The notes under the pieces were generated by a model, which did no database searches, was not told the origin of the DNA, and worked only from the letters and a program-made list of their open reading frames with translations. The translations under genes and the position numbers were made by a program. DNA of 58,985 bases, counting the filler, from Sphacelaria rigidula (Eukaryota), in the NCBI GenBank assembly GCA_964200075.2. It is 5 parts of 5 records of this genome, joined end to end, with 100 filler letters (N's around TTAATTAATTAA, not from the genome) between each part and the next. Parts side by side here need not be neighbours in the genome. Positions count along the whole stretch, not along the records: positions 47,270 to 58,985 come from CAXNAA020004599.1; 4 more parts are not named here. The stretch is one strand, 5' to 3'. Position 1 is the stretch's first letter, and each line of letters opens with the position of its first letter. Positions 48,832 to 58,985 of this stretch are shown here, piece by piece.

Positions 48832-51221
48832 ACACGTTTCGCTCGACGCCAGGAACACTAGCGCCACGTCACGAGTTTTTTTTCTTCTATGGTAGACATG
48901 GTATGGCTGGGTTTAAATAAGGACAGGACGCCTTGTTGCTTTGTCAGTCTGCGATCTGTGTGTTGCACGCACAGGTTGAATATTCCTCTACTTTGCACAA
49001 TAGGATAGAACAGATACATGGAAGCAAAATTCAACGCTGAGAGAACCCAACGATTGATGTCTGTTCCTCCCAGTTAGTCAGGGAACGTCAAACGTTTCCC
49101 GAAGGGCTGATAATCCGAAGCCTTACGCACAGACCGAAATCACCTGAGTAAGAGCTCAGCACTGTAAATCGTGTGCACACAGGTTTGTCCCGTTGGCATT
49201 GGGTCTGAGTCTAGCTTTGCAGCACGTCCATGAAGTAGATGGTGTCTAAATTGCGGGAGTAGCAGCTTAGAAGTCCAACTTGCACTTCTACCTGTGTGCA
49301 CAGTCGACTTGCACCAAACACTTTTTTTGTGTGTTTGTCCATGCTGTGGGCTTCTGGCGAATTGATGGGAGAATGTATTCAGAGCAGATGAAAAGTCTGA
49401 GCTGATGCTGACAAATTAGGTTTCCGGAACTAAGAACTCCCGTTCCGACATTGATTCGATTGCTTGCCTCTACAGAGGTTTCTTTTTATGATGTGTTGAA
49501 GATAAAGTCCGTCATTTTTGGTATGAGAAGCGCTTGAGACAAGGAAAACGTTGGAATCGGGGTCATGTTTTTCACGATACAGTCATATCTATATAATGCA
49601 CGTGTTCATATGTTGCGGTGTAGTATATGTTTCGCCAGTGTTCATATTGTTGTTGATTTTCATCGGAGAGTGGCCTGCCAGAAGTCCCAGCTTGAACATG
49701 CAGGAACTTCGCACCATCTAACCCTTGCGCGATCGAAAACAGCGTAAAAATAGTGTCTATCGGCCTCTATTGGCTAGCTCGTTTGGCCTAGATCAACTGG
49801 GCCGGCGGCATCACGTATAAGCTTTTGGCTATTGATGAGGAGGGCAGTCGTTTCAGTCTTTCCAATTCTGCGCGAGGTATGCAGTAGTTGATATTTCAAG
49901 ACTTCTCATGTGCAGGGCAAGCTCTCACGTGATCATCCTTCCACCTCGGACGAAAAGAAACGAAAATCTCGCACGATAATATTTGTACTTGGACCGAACG
50001 ACCAGAGTGAAATACCACGGAGTATCAGAGCACATAAGGTTAATCCGTTCGCAAACACAGACCGGTGAACAAAAGATATAAGCGTATCTTCCGGACATGT
50101 GGAACAGCTGATCGCGCGTCAAACTTCTCCCCATGCGCATGACAACAGTTTGTGAGGTACACGAGCTTCACCTGTACTTTTAAAATGGTCTGGTTCAGTG
50201 CAAATATGTCAATCACGAGGGAAAACCTTCTGCACCGGAAAAAACACGTTTGCCGTGAGGACGTGCTTCGCGTGATCACACAGCAATGCCATGCTTTGAA
50301 GCACTTGAAAATATGTCTACATCTGTATGTATCTAGCAATCAGTCCCACTATTTCGGTGTATGACTCACATACAGTAGTTATGTGGCCTTCCGACCACCA
50401 GCAGATTCAGGTTGTGGCTTTGTTGGAAGCCCAAGAAAAATCATCGCTTGAGGGGTCCACGTCTATGACTACCACATTGTTGGCTCACTGGTTATTATTT
50501 CCAGGTAGTGCCTCATTGGTAGACATGACTGGTTAGTGTTGCGTCTCGGGTGGGGGGGTAACCAACGCGTGTAATTGTAATTGGACATGTCGTCTTAAGA
50601 AACTCGACACCCATCACGGTGCGACGTGCACACTTCTTACTCCGACACGGTTGACTGGTTGACTCTGCGGTTCGCTTTCACGGAAGTGCTACACAGTACA
50701 AAACCTAATTTCAGAAATCAAAGTAGTTTGTGACTGGCCTACTCACCAGAACATGTGAACGCATGTGCCGTTAGAATTGTGATACGCTTGTATAGAGTTT
50801 CATGTTCGAGCCACGTCTGCACATTGCAGTTTCGTTTTCTTGTTTCTTAGTTTTTCAAGTAGGAGACCGCTGTATTTTACGATTTCAAATAGCTCGGCGG
50901 AATAGAATCCATCAGCGAGCTCGTCCCGGGATCCTATCCATGTTGACAGGACATGTTTTTCAAGTCTTGACTTTTAAATATTTACATCTCGCGGACCCAC
51001 GAGTAGTGTGTTTCTGTTTTAGTACCGTGTGACGGCAGACGCGACCAGGCACGCTCTAAAAACATTGTGGAGGCAAACTTTTTATCTGAAACAAGGGATG
51101 TTGTGGCTCGTGACTGAGGGTTCCTAGAACGACCGTTGAGCCGATACTTCGGTATTGGAAATTCAGACGTGGCCGGCCCAGTCGGTACGGAAACACGTAT
51201 CACTCGAAATACAAATGATGG

Positions 51222-51579
51222 TGTGTGTTGCGTGTTATTCAATCTATTCTGGACGCCAGTCTATTCCCTTCGGTATGTGTGGGTGCACCAGCCGGGGTCA
51301 CACGGGAGGAAGGCCAACACAGGAATTTCTTCTCTCTTGTTTGTTTGAGTCCTCCAACTTCCACGTGCGGTGCTTGCCTTTATCTTTTATCGCGAGAGGG
51401 GTTCAGCTCTCCCTTTCCCTCGTCGACCGTTGAGTCGAATTTCATTTACCCACGACACAGTCGCTCTCCACTGTTGAGCATTGTCTGAGGAAAATCCCAG
51501 ATCGCTCCTAGATTCGAACCCACGACCCAACCGTCAAAAGATTTGGAGGTTACCGACTGGGCCACCGGGGCGACCGGCT
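51222..51579 (-). mobile_element. tRNA-derived SINE, apparently full length (~360 bp)
   Basis: Head with A box TGGCCCAGTCGG and B box GGTTCGAATC, a CA-rich tail, and ATGATGG on both sides (51215-51221, 51580-51586; candidate TSD). Confidence 0.8.
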
Positions 51580-52116
51580 ATGATGGCTTGTTGTGTCGAA
51601 AATACTATCGCATGGCCATCTGTGAACATGAAAAAGATCTGTGTAATGCCGGTCAAGAAAAACCTTGAAATCTTCGACTCCTGAAGTTTTCAAGACGGTC
51701 ACATCATTACATCGTGGTGATATCGTCTGGTTTCGAATTTTTCCTGTTTGAATACGAGACGTCAAGACGGCGGAAGTGATTCACATGAAATATTACTACA
51801 CATGATACCTCAAGAGAGGTTTGATGTACTAAGAAACGAAACACTATTTTGAGATACGTGGCCGAAGAGCAAGGATGCACCACTGGCTGAAAGCAGCAAC
51901 TAGCCCCCAAATCACGCGGCATTTGAGCAATCAGTTTTAACTGACCACGTGCAGCTCGGCGAGCCTACGCTCTCCGTCTGTAGCACCTAATTCCCAACAA
52001 CACCCTTCGTCCTAAGCCTCCATCCAGATTTCGTCTGAATGACCTCTCATGCTACACATGAAGAGTGAAACAGCCTCGGCTGGAAGTACGCCGGGGCCTG
52101 AAAAAAAAACGTCGTG

Positions 52117-55100
52117 TTAACAACCCGCAGACTCCGGAAGTAGTGTGTCGACGGCCTTTCCAATCTCGTAAGCCAACACTGCGCAGGAACCACCCAGAAG
52201 AAACATCTCCAATCCTGATATGTACCAGCTCCGGGTTCCGAATTGGCTCTGTAGGTCGTTTACGGACGCAGGGTAAAGGGGGGGGGCGTACTCATTTGTT
52301 GCTTGCCTTAGTCGTTTGACCATTGACCACGCATCCCTTTCGAGACGGAGCAATGGTGAAGGGTGGAGGGGGGTGGCTATGCCGTCTGTCCATACAATAT
52401 CTCAGCGTTTAGTCGAAAGCATATTGTTTGGACAACAAATTGGCTCATTGGGTGCTGGGTATTCCAACGGCAATCTCTTCGATTCATGGTTAGCGTAGGG
52501 TCTAATATGGCGTACCTTGATAGCTCCCATAGTGAACAACGTAATCCCGGTCACCGCACATGCCACTGCGAAAAGAACCGTCGGTGATGGATTGGGCAGC
52601 AGTAGTGGCACGATGACGTATCTAGGGACGAAACAGACAGTGCATACAAGAGGGAGAATATCTTGTGTCAACACTGCGGGAGGAAAGACCGAGAGGAGCA
52701 TCGAGTTAAAGTAAGGATGTTAGCACGGAAGGACAACGCACACATCTTGGCGAGTGAGGCACGGCAAAACAAGACAAATACAAGCGTTTGTGACAGCAGT
52801 GCCAACCAGCCACTAACTGCAGACGCCTGCTTTGGGTGTTGGAAGATTGTGAAAACAGCACGAAGGGGTTCCACAATCCTACTGGTGCACGTGCGACGTG
52901 CCGCAATAGCTAGCCAATGGCCTGGCCCTTCTATACGTACACTCTGACACCATCGGGATTGATGCCGGCAGGCCAATGTCCCAGCGTTTTCACCCCCAAC
53001 CCCATGCCGCTCACTGAACAAGGCGTACCATCAACATTCAAGCGCATCCTGTGTGATCTGTGCCAATAGTTACTTGACCTCACTCGCTGAACGGCGTTTC
53101 TAAAAAAATCATGGTCGGGACTTACGCGGACTGAGCGACTGCGGCACTTTGTATTTTTGCTGCCACTCACCCCAACAGAGGCATAGCCCCGAAGGAAGCG
53201 AAAGAAAGGAACATCACAAACCCTTCCTTGATTGTGTCCTCCTCGCCAGTGGGCACCTGGATGTGACAGGAAAGATACGTCATCGGTCAGTTGACGACTA
53301 AAAACAGTTACGGCGATCGCTGTACTAATTACAAGTGGTTGGCCAGCCACAGACAACATGCACCGCGTACAACACACAACACGAGTTCGCGGTTGGATCA
53401 CAAGCATTCCAAAAGAAACTACGATTCAACCTCCCCCCCATCCACCATTCGAGACTGCTTGGCAAACGGACCTGCAAGCCAAGCTCCTCGTTCATCATGA
53501 GGTTGATGAAGAAATCATCATACTTTGCCATCTTGTTTATAACATCGTCCGCATCTTCTCGGCTCATCCCTCGGCCCTGGGGAATGTAACAAAAAATGAC
53601 GGAATGGAATGTTGAGCATCGCGCGCGTTGAATGAAGGTACATCGTTGGATGGCAATGTGCGCTACGGCCTCGTAAGGTACCACCTAGGAGGAAGGAGGA
53701 CACAGAGCACAACAGAGCTGGGGCATCTCCGCTACTAACACAACTTCGAAGAGAAACACGTGGCGCGCCTACAGTTGCTGACAGCCGCTTCTCACAACAT
53801 AATCTCACCTCGAATATGTCCACCATTTCCCGAATTTCTCCGTCCCGATGGTTCTTCAACTCCCACTCCTCCCGCCTCTTTTCTGCCAGGACGTACTCAT
53901 TATGTGCCTGTTGAATGATCATGTGGAGCGGCGCAACCCGAATGATTTGAGCAGTCTTGCTTTGCAAGCTCAGTCGCGCGGCGCTTGGCTTGCTTGTCAA
54001 TAGTCAAAGCGATCTAGCAGGCATGGGATCGCCCCATGCCTACTGCAAAAGAGAAGTCGGGTGCTCTAGAAGGTGTGGAATAAAGCTCTCACCTTGCTGC
54101 TTAGGTATTCGCCCACCCCCATGCTGAGTGCATCCGCGAATATGTTGCTAAATCCCAGCACCAGCACAACCCCCACAGATAGCTGTCCACCTGAAGAGGA
54201 TATTACACAACATCGAGCGCTGTCAAACGCGAGTAGCCACAAGCTCAAACCAACTGCATGTTAATTGCATTGATTTTGTCTTTTGCTGGTGACTTATCGG
54301 TAAACTCCGACCTTTGGCCTTCAGCAAGGGCGTCCACGTTGTGAACACGTTGAGGATATCCTCTTTCGTGGCTTCTATTAACTACTCATTTCTACGTCGT
54401 GATGAGGCGTATGCTATGAACGGCGAGCAGCCAAATGACATTGAAGGGACCGCACTCGCTTGGCATTAGAGGTGGGCACCGGATAGGAAAATCGAAAAAA
54501 CGGTTACCGGATAAGGAGGCGTTATCTTGAAAAACAAAAGGCCGGTTATACCGTTTTTTTCAGCCGGTTGAACCGGATAAGCAAGGGAAAACGCCTCCAA
54601 ATAATTGAGACGCAGGTGAATTCGACGTTGTTGTCGATTGTTTCGTGTGTGGTGGGTGATGGATACTCTCGCACACACCCATTGCCGGTAACGGCAAGGT
54701 TCAATCTTACACCTCTGCACTCCGCACCTGTCAAACTTTACAGCACAGTGGCTGACGACTGGTGACAAAGAGTTTTATGCGTGATAGGAAATGGTGTTCG
54801 TGATTACGTGAACAGCTGCTGTTCAAATCTTGCACCTATCCCTACCAAACACAGGGTGTCAAAAAAAAAAAAACTATACTCCGGAGTAGTAGATAGTAGT
54901 GGGAACCTGAACCGTTCTTTTTCTAATTTCTCCGTCATCGGCGATTTTCTCACGCTCTTCCGCTTGTCACCGCCGATCACATTGGAGATTTGAAGATACG
55001 TGTATCCGCTCCACGTTTAATAAAAACAAAAATAATCTGTACTCAACATTGGGTGACTTACGGGCTGACGGGTCATCGGGGGTCCTGCAATTTTTCAGCA

Positions 55101-57410
55101 CAGATTCTGCCTCTTTGCAATTTCAGGTCGATCGAGCCTGTCCAGATCGTTGTTGTAGGGAAGTGTGCAGTTTAATATTTCTTGGAATTCTACCTACTCA
55201 CTACACCAGAGCCGAATGACTGTGTTTCGCGGTCAATAACACCCTCCTTATAAACGGGGTATCTGCTCATATCTCATACCGCCCGATAACACTGGGTAAC
55301 ACGACTTGGGCACTGTTTTTTCTAGGATTATCTGCTCATTTTACCAAAATCTACCGACGCTAGCACTTTAGAGCTCTATCGAAGGGTAGTACGGGAGAAT
55401 ACCCCCAAAAGAACCCCGAACAGTTCAGGCGCCCAGTACTCTATGCACTTCACACCCCGCCCGCCCCTGCATCCCGATGCCCAACAATACGAGGGAGAAG
55501 CACGGGTCATGCCACTCCTCAACTTCGCAAAGAAAAAGCGTGCCGCTCCTGTGTCGAAAAACAACAAAACAGCGGACAACGGAAAACCCACACTAGACGC
55601 TGCAAACCATCCAAGTGTGTTTGCCACCTCCGCAGTATTGTGGTCTCTGCGAGCTGACTCTATGTGTAAGGTGTAAGGGTGACGTGTGGTGTGACGTGTA
55701 GCGTGTGACGTGTCGTATGTCACGCTTTCGCTACGAGCTACGAGCACCAATTTCAAACTTCGCAATTGAACCGGTTAAACCGGGTCATCGAAAAAAAACG
55801 GTTTAACCGGCATGATAACGCCTCCTTTTGCCGGTTAAACCGGTTTTTCGGTGAACCGGTTTAACCGGCAAAAAAACTCCGGTTATTTTTCGCATAACCG
55901 TAACCGGTTAACGCCTTTTGGGGTTTCCAAAACCGGTCATAATCGGGGGGGTTTTCCCAGTGCCCACATCTACTTGGCATACATAAAATCCTTTGCTCGC
56001 TGAGCAAGGTATACTGCCCTCATTTACCTGCGGCACCAGCGACAATGGCAAAGCTGGTGAGGATGCCATCCAGACCCCCAAACACCACAGCCTTCAGATA
56101 GTCTCCGGATTCACTGTGTGATTCCTCATGACGCTGACCTGCTCGGGCATCGTGTAGTAGTCTGCCGGAGTACAACAATATACCAGCGAATTCGAAGCAG
56201 CACCCGTCGCTGTGTCATCCACAACGTCTTTTTCATATTCACAGTCCTTACTCAGTACTTGCAATCTGTCGTGTACTCGTGAGTCTCTCTTCAACAAAAC
56301 ACTTGTTGCGACATCCAATGCCCTCTATCTACCCTGATTAGCAGAAATCGCAGTAAGGGAATGTTATGTACTCTCAACGCAAGAGGGTCTTGATCGGCCC
56401 AGACCCAGCGGCCGGCGGTGCCGCCGCCAACCCCCCGCTTAATTACGCAATCGTGGCGGGAGTGTCAGATAAGAGTACCAAGCCTTTACAGCACATCCAA
56501 GACAATGTGACAAGGCATTGTGCGACAGAATCGGTGAGTTGTCAACTGAACTGAAGCAGTCATGTAGGTGGGTCATGGCTCAAGAGCGGGTTTCGTGCGT
56601 AACATCATGTAGGCGTAACAGGTGAGACCGGCAATGATCCTATTGGACAAGTTCACGATTCAAAGATCTTGTGATGGAATGTCCCAAGCGGAGACATCTC
56701 CAATCGATTTTTGGCAGCAGTCAGGGAAGGAAAGGTTCTTGGTTCCATCCGCCGAGAGGGAGTGCACCCCATTTCATGTGTACAGACTCTTTCGGAGAAA
56801 ATTCATCGATAAAGCAAGCACAAGTGCCCTGACCCAAACTCTGTAAACGCTGGCATCGCCTCTTCGCTTGTTATGCCCAGCTCTTGGGTTATCGTGATCT
56901 GGCGTTCACTGGAAATCTACGGTTTGGTGTCATGTGTTCATTTGAAAAGTGAGAAATGACCCTACTTTCATCCGGCGGGCTTCGGAACTAAAAGCAGTCT
57001 TGTACATAATGCTTCAGCCCAAACCCAAGTGGCTAACGGTATCGAGGCGGGTTCATGGAGGAACTGATCACCCTTCGGTTAGTGCTCCCAGTTGCCCGCG
57101 CGCCCGGTCTGGGTGTCTTGTCGAATTTTCAGTACAGTAAACCGGTACGAAGCCGATAGGGTGGGGTTTACACACACCAGCCATTTCTCGATTACAACCC
57201 TGTTACTATGTAAGACATCATCAACATGCTCTTCATAGAGTCCCCATTAAGTTAGTTGTACGCCTCTTCGCCCCCCACAACACTTGATTGTCTTCACCTG
57301 GATGCCTCTTGATCTCCGGACGCGAAAGCGTTGCGGACATCTTTGCTGTAGTTCTCCCCAAGTCCCTCAGCCAAGTGAGACGCTTCATTCGCGGAAGCGT
57401 TTACAGTCAT
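52117..57410 (-). CDS. VIT1: VIT1/CCC1 family vacuolar iron/manganese transporter, complete, 8 coding exons, 290 aa
   Basis: Exons 57410-57298, 56161-56028, 54190-54093, 53907-53809, 53576-53472, 53256-53171, 52621-52516 and 52248-52117 total 873 nt, all GT-AG and phase-consistent. Motifs: YLKAVVFGGLDGILTSFAIVAG, NIFADALSMGVGEYLSSK, EKRREEWE...EIREMVDI, MMNEELGL, FLSFASFGAMPLLGY, SGLEMFLLGG. Confidence 0.95.
54467..55972. mobile_element. 1506-bp non-autonomous hAT element in VIT1 intron 2
   Basis: TIRs TAGAGGTGGGCAC / GTGCCCACATCTA; exact 8-bp TSD CTTGGCAT (54459-54466, 55973-55980); AACCGG subterminal repeats at both ends. Confidence 0.92.
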
Positions 57411-57930
57411 GCTGCTAGCGTATTCTGTCTAGTACCGAGTACTTCTACTCCACTTTACGAGCTTCCAGTAGCCTGCCTACCTCGGTGCTCCACGGTCCTG
57501 CTTGTCGACTATGAGGAGGTGATTTTCGAGCGGTGAACATGTGGGGCATGAGTCATGACATACCGTGGTCACACCGCGAGTCTGAGAAGGTCAGCCCCTG
57601 TCGATTTGTGTTACGAGTTACGAGGGGAGTTTACGATCGAAGACACACTCCAAAGATATCATATACAGAGTAATACCGAGAATCACTGCAGTTAATTTCA
57701 TTTAGGTGTCAGTTACGGTGACATCCTCTCCTATTCAACGCGTAGGACATGAATATCATTATTGGATCTACTCTCCGACCAACGGGATTTGCCCATGTTT
57801 TAACCGAATGTGATGTTAGGAAGCATAAAAAACAACAGCTACAAAGTGTTGGGAAGACATCGCAAACAGGTATCAGCTCGAATGTGATGACAGGGTTTCA
57901 CAACTGACGACCTTCGACGCATTCAGGATA
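57411..57930. promoter_or_regulatory. Putative bidirectional promoter / 5-prime UTR region between VIT1 and the CDK gene
   Basis: The divergent start codons are only 520 bp apart; inferred from geometry. Confidence 0.5.
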
Positions 57931-58023
57931 ATGGCTGTTCGACTGCCTGTTGACCATTGGGGTACGCGGTCGATAAGCTGTTATGAAACAGTCGAGCAAA
58001 TAGGAGAGGGTACGTATGGGCAG
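57931..58023 (+). CDS. Cyclin-dependent kinase (CDKC/CDK9-CDK12-like), first coding exon
   Basis: MAVRLPVDHWGTRSISCYETVEQIGEGTYGQ followed by a GTGAG donor. WG.RS..C(F/Y)E..EQIGEGTYGQV is the CDKC-type N-terminus with the kinase Gly-loop. The rest of the gene was not found before the contig end. Confidence 0.85.
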
Positions 58024-58410
58024 GTGAGAGACGGGTGTTATGATACACAACAATGGGTAGTACAGTGTATAATCTGTCGGGTAACCTCCATCAAGTGTCA
58101 TGCGGGTTATTCGCGGTCTGGTATGTCTGTGTGCTGCTTCTGACGTCTTGCATGAATCCGCCGCACCGCGTCGGCTCATTTTCCAAAGCATCGTTACATA
58201 CAAAGCTCTGTCCGTTCGATGGTCCACATCATGCTTCGACCCAGCTCAGTACAGACAGTACGGCTGAAGTGTTGGATATCCTATCCAAAGTTTATGTATA
58301 TCGTACGGTATCGACGGGTTCGAGAGATCGAGCTAATGTGATGGATATAATAATAATAACAATAATAATAATCGAAAGTTTCGATACTCCAGTATATCCT
58401 ATCGAAATAT

Positions 58411-58693
58411 CCAGGGCTATACACGTCACATTTTAAAATTTAACGTTGCGTTCACGTTATGTTCATCACGTGAAATTTTTTTAACGTTCACGTTACGTTT
58501 CGGCCAAAATGTAACGTGAACGTAACGTGTAACGCTATGGCGCGTGTAACGTGTATAGCCCTGGCTATACATGTATACGTTCACGTTCGCGTTCACGTTA
58601 CGTTCATCATGTTTAAAAAAAAAAAACGTTCACGTTACGTTTCGGCCAAAACGTAACGTATCGCTATGGCACGTGTAACGTGTATAGCCCTGG
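58411..58693. mobile_element. MITE with CCAGGGCTATACACGT TIR and a duplicated right half, in the CDK intron
   Basis: Left TIR at 58411; right TIR ACGTGTATAGCCCTGG ends at both 58564 and 58693; ACGTT-rich interior. Confidence 0.8.
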
Positions 58694-58985
58694 GTATATC
58701 AGAGTGTCGCTATCGTATCAAAAGTAGTTAAATGAAACGATAACGATGACGATACGATACGATAAATGCTGTATTTCCTCCTGAAAAACGAGGAATTTGT
58801 TCTACACATACGAGCTGGGCCAGCCGAAAAGCGGATTTAAGCTCTAAACGCAATATCTCATCTACACTGACGAGTTGGGCCGTGACCCGCATATCGTATT
58901 AATCGTCTAACCAAAGGGAATGTGCCCATCTGCTTAAAAGTTTGGGCCCACATTTTCTCGTTGATAAAACCCCATGTCTAGTAAT

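Noticed and set aside
51500-51579. Functional tRNA genes at the GGTTCGAA motifs (also 47510-47579, 13470-13545, 7860-7920)
   Set aside because: No complete cloverleaf or paired acceptor stem is evident, and each motif is embedded in a dispersed repeat.
56094-56318. 74-aa ORF as the VIT1 N-terminus
   Set aside because: Wrong frame; the VIT1 motifs lie in another frame that splices cleanly to the exon at 57298-57410.

Overview
Eukaryotic, intron-rich, repeat-dense genomic DNA, most likely a stramenopile (brown-alga-like), inferred from gene structure and protein style only. The window is not one locus. Four identical 100-nt spacers (N44-TTAATTAATTAA-N44) join five size-sorted contigs of 11718, 11718, 11717, 11716 and 11716 bp, so nothing should be read across a spacer. 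Host genes I could splice by hand with phase-consistent GT-AG introns: a complete 8-exon VIT1/CCC1 vacuolar iron transporter (290 aa), the first exon of a divergent CDKC/CDK9-like kinase, the last exon of COX10, three exons of a ChaC gamma-glutamylcyclotransferase, an EF-hand protein, and a Cys-rich/mucin-like repeat protein. Mobile DNA dominates the rest: a decayed Helitron Rep-helicase, a decayed LTR retrotransposon gag-protease, a large decayed Zn-finger transposase-like ORF with an internal inverted duplication, tRNA-derived SINEs and many MITE families, several with exact target-site duplications. The most unusual object is a 528-bp fold-back element (7608-8135) with TGT...ACA ends, a 5-bp TSD, five copies of its own end motif and two tRNA B-box motifs. 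No CRISPR array, rRNA or intact tRNA gene was found.
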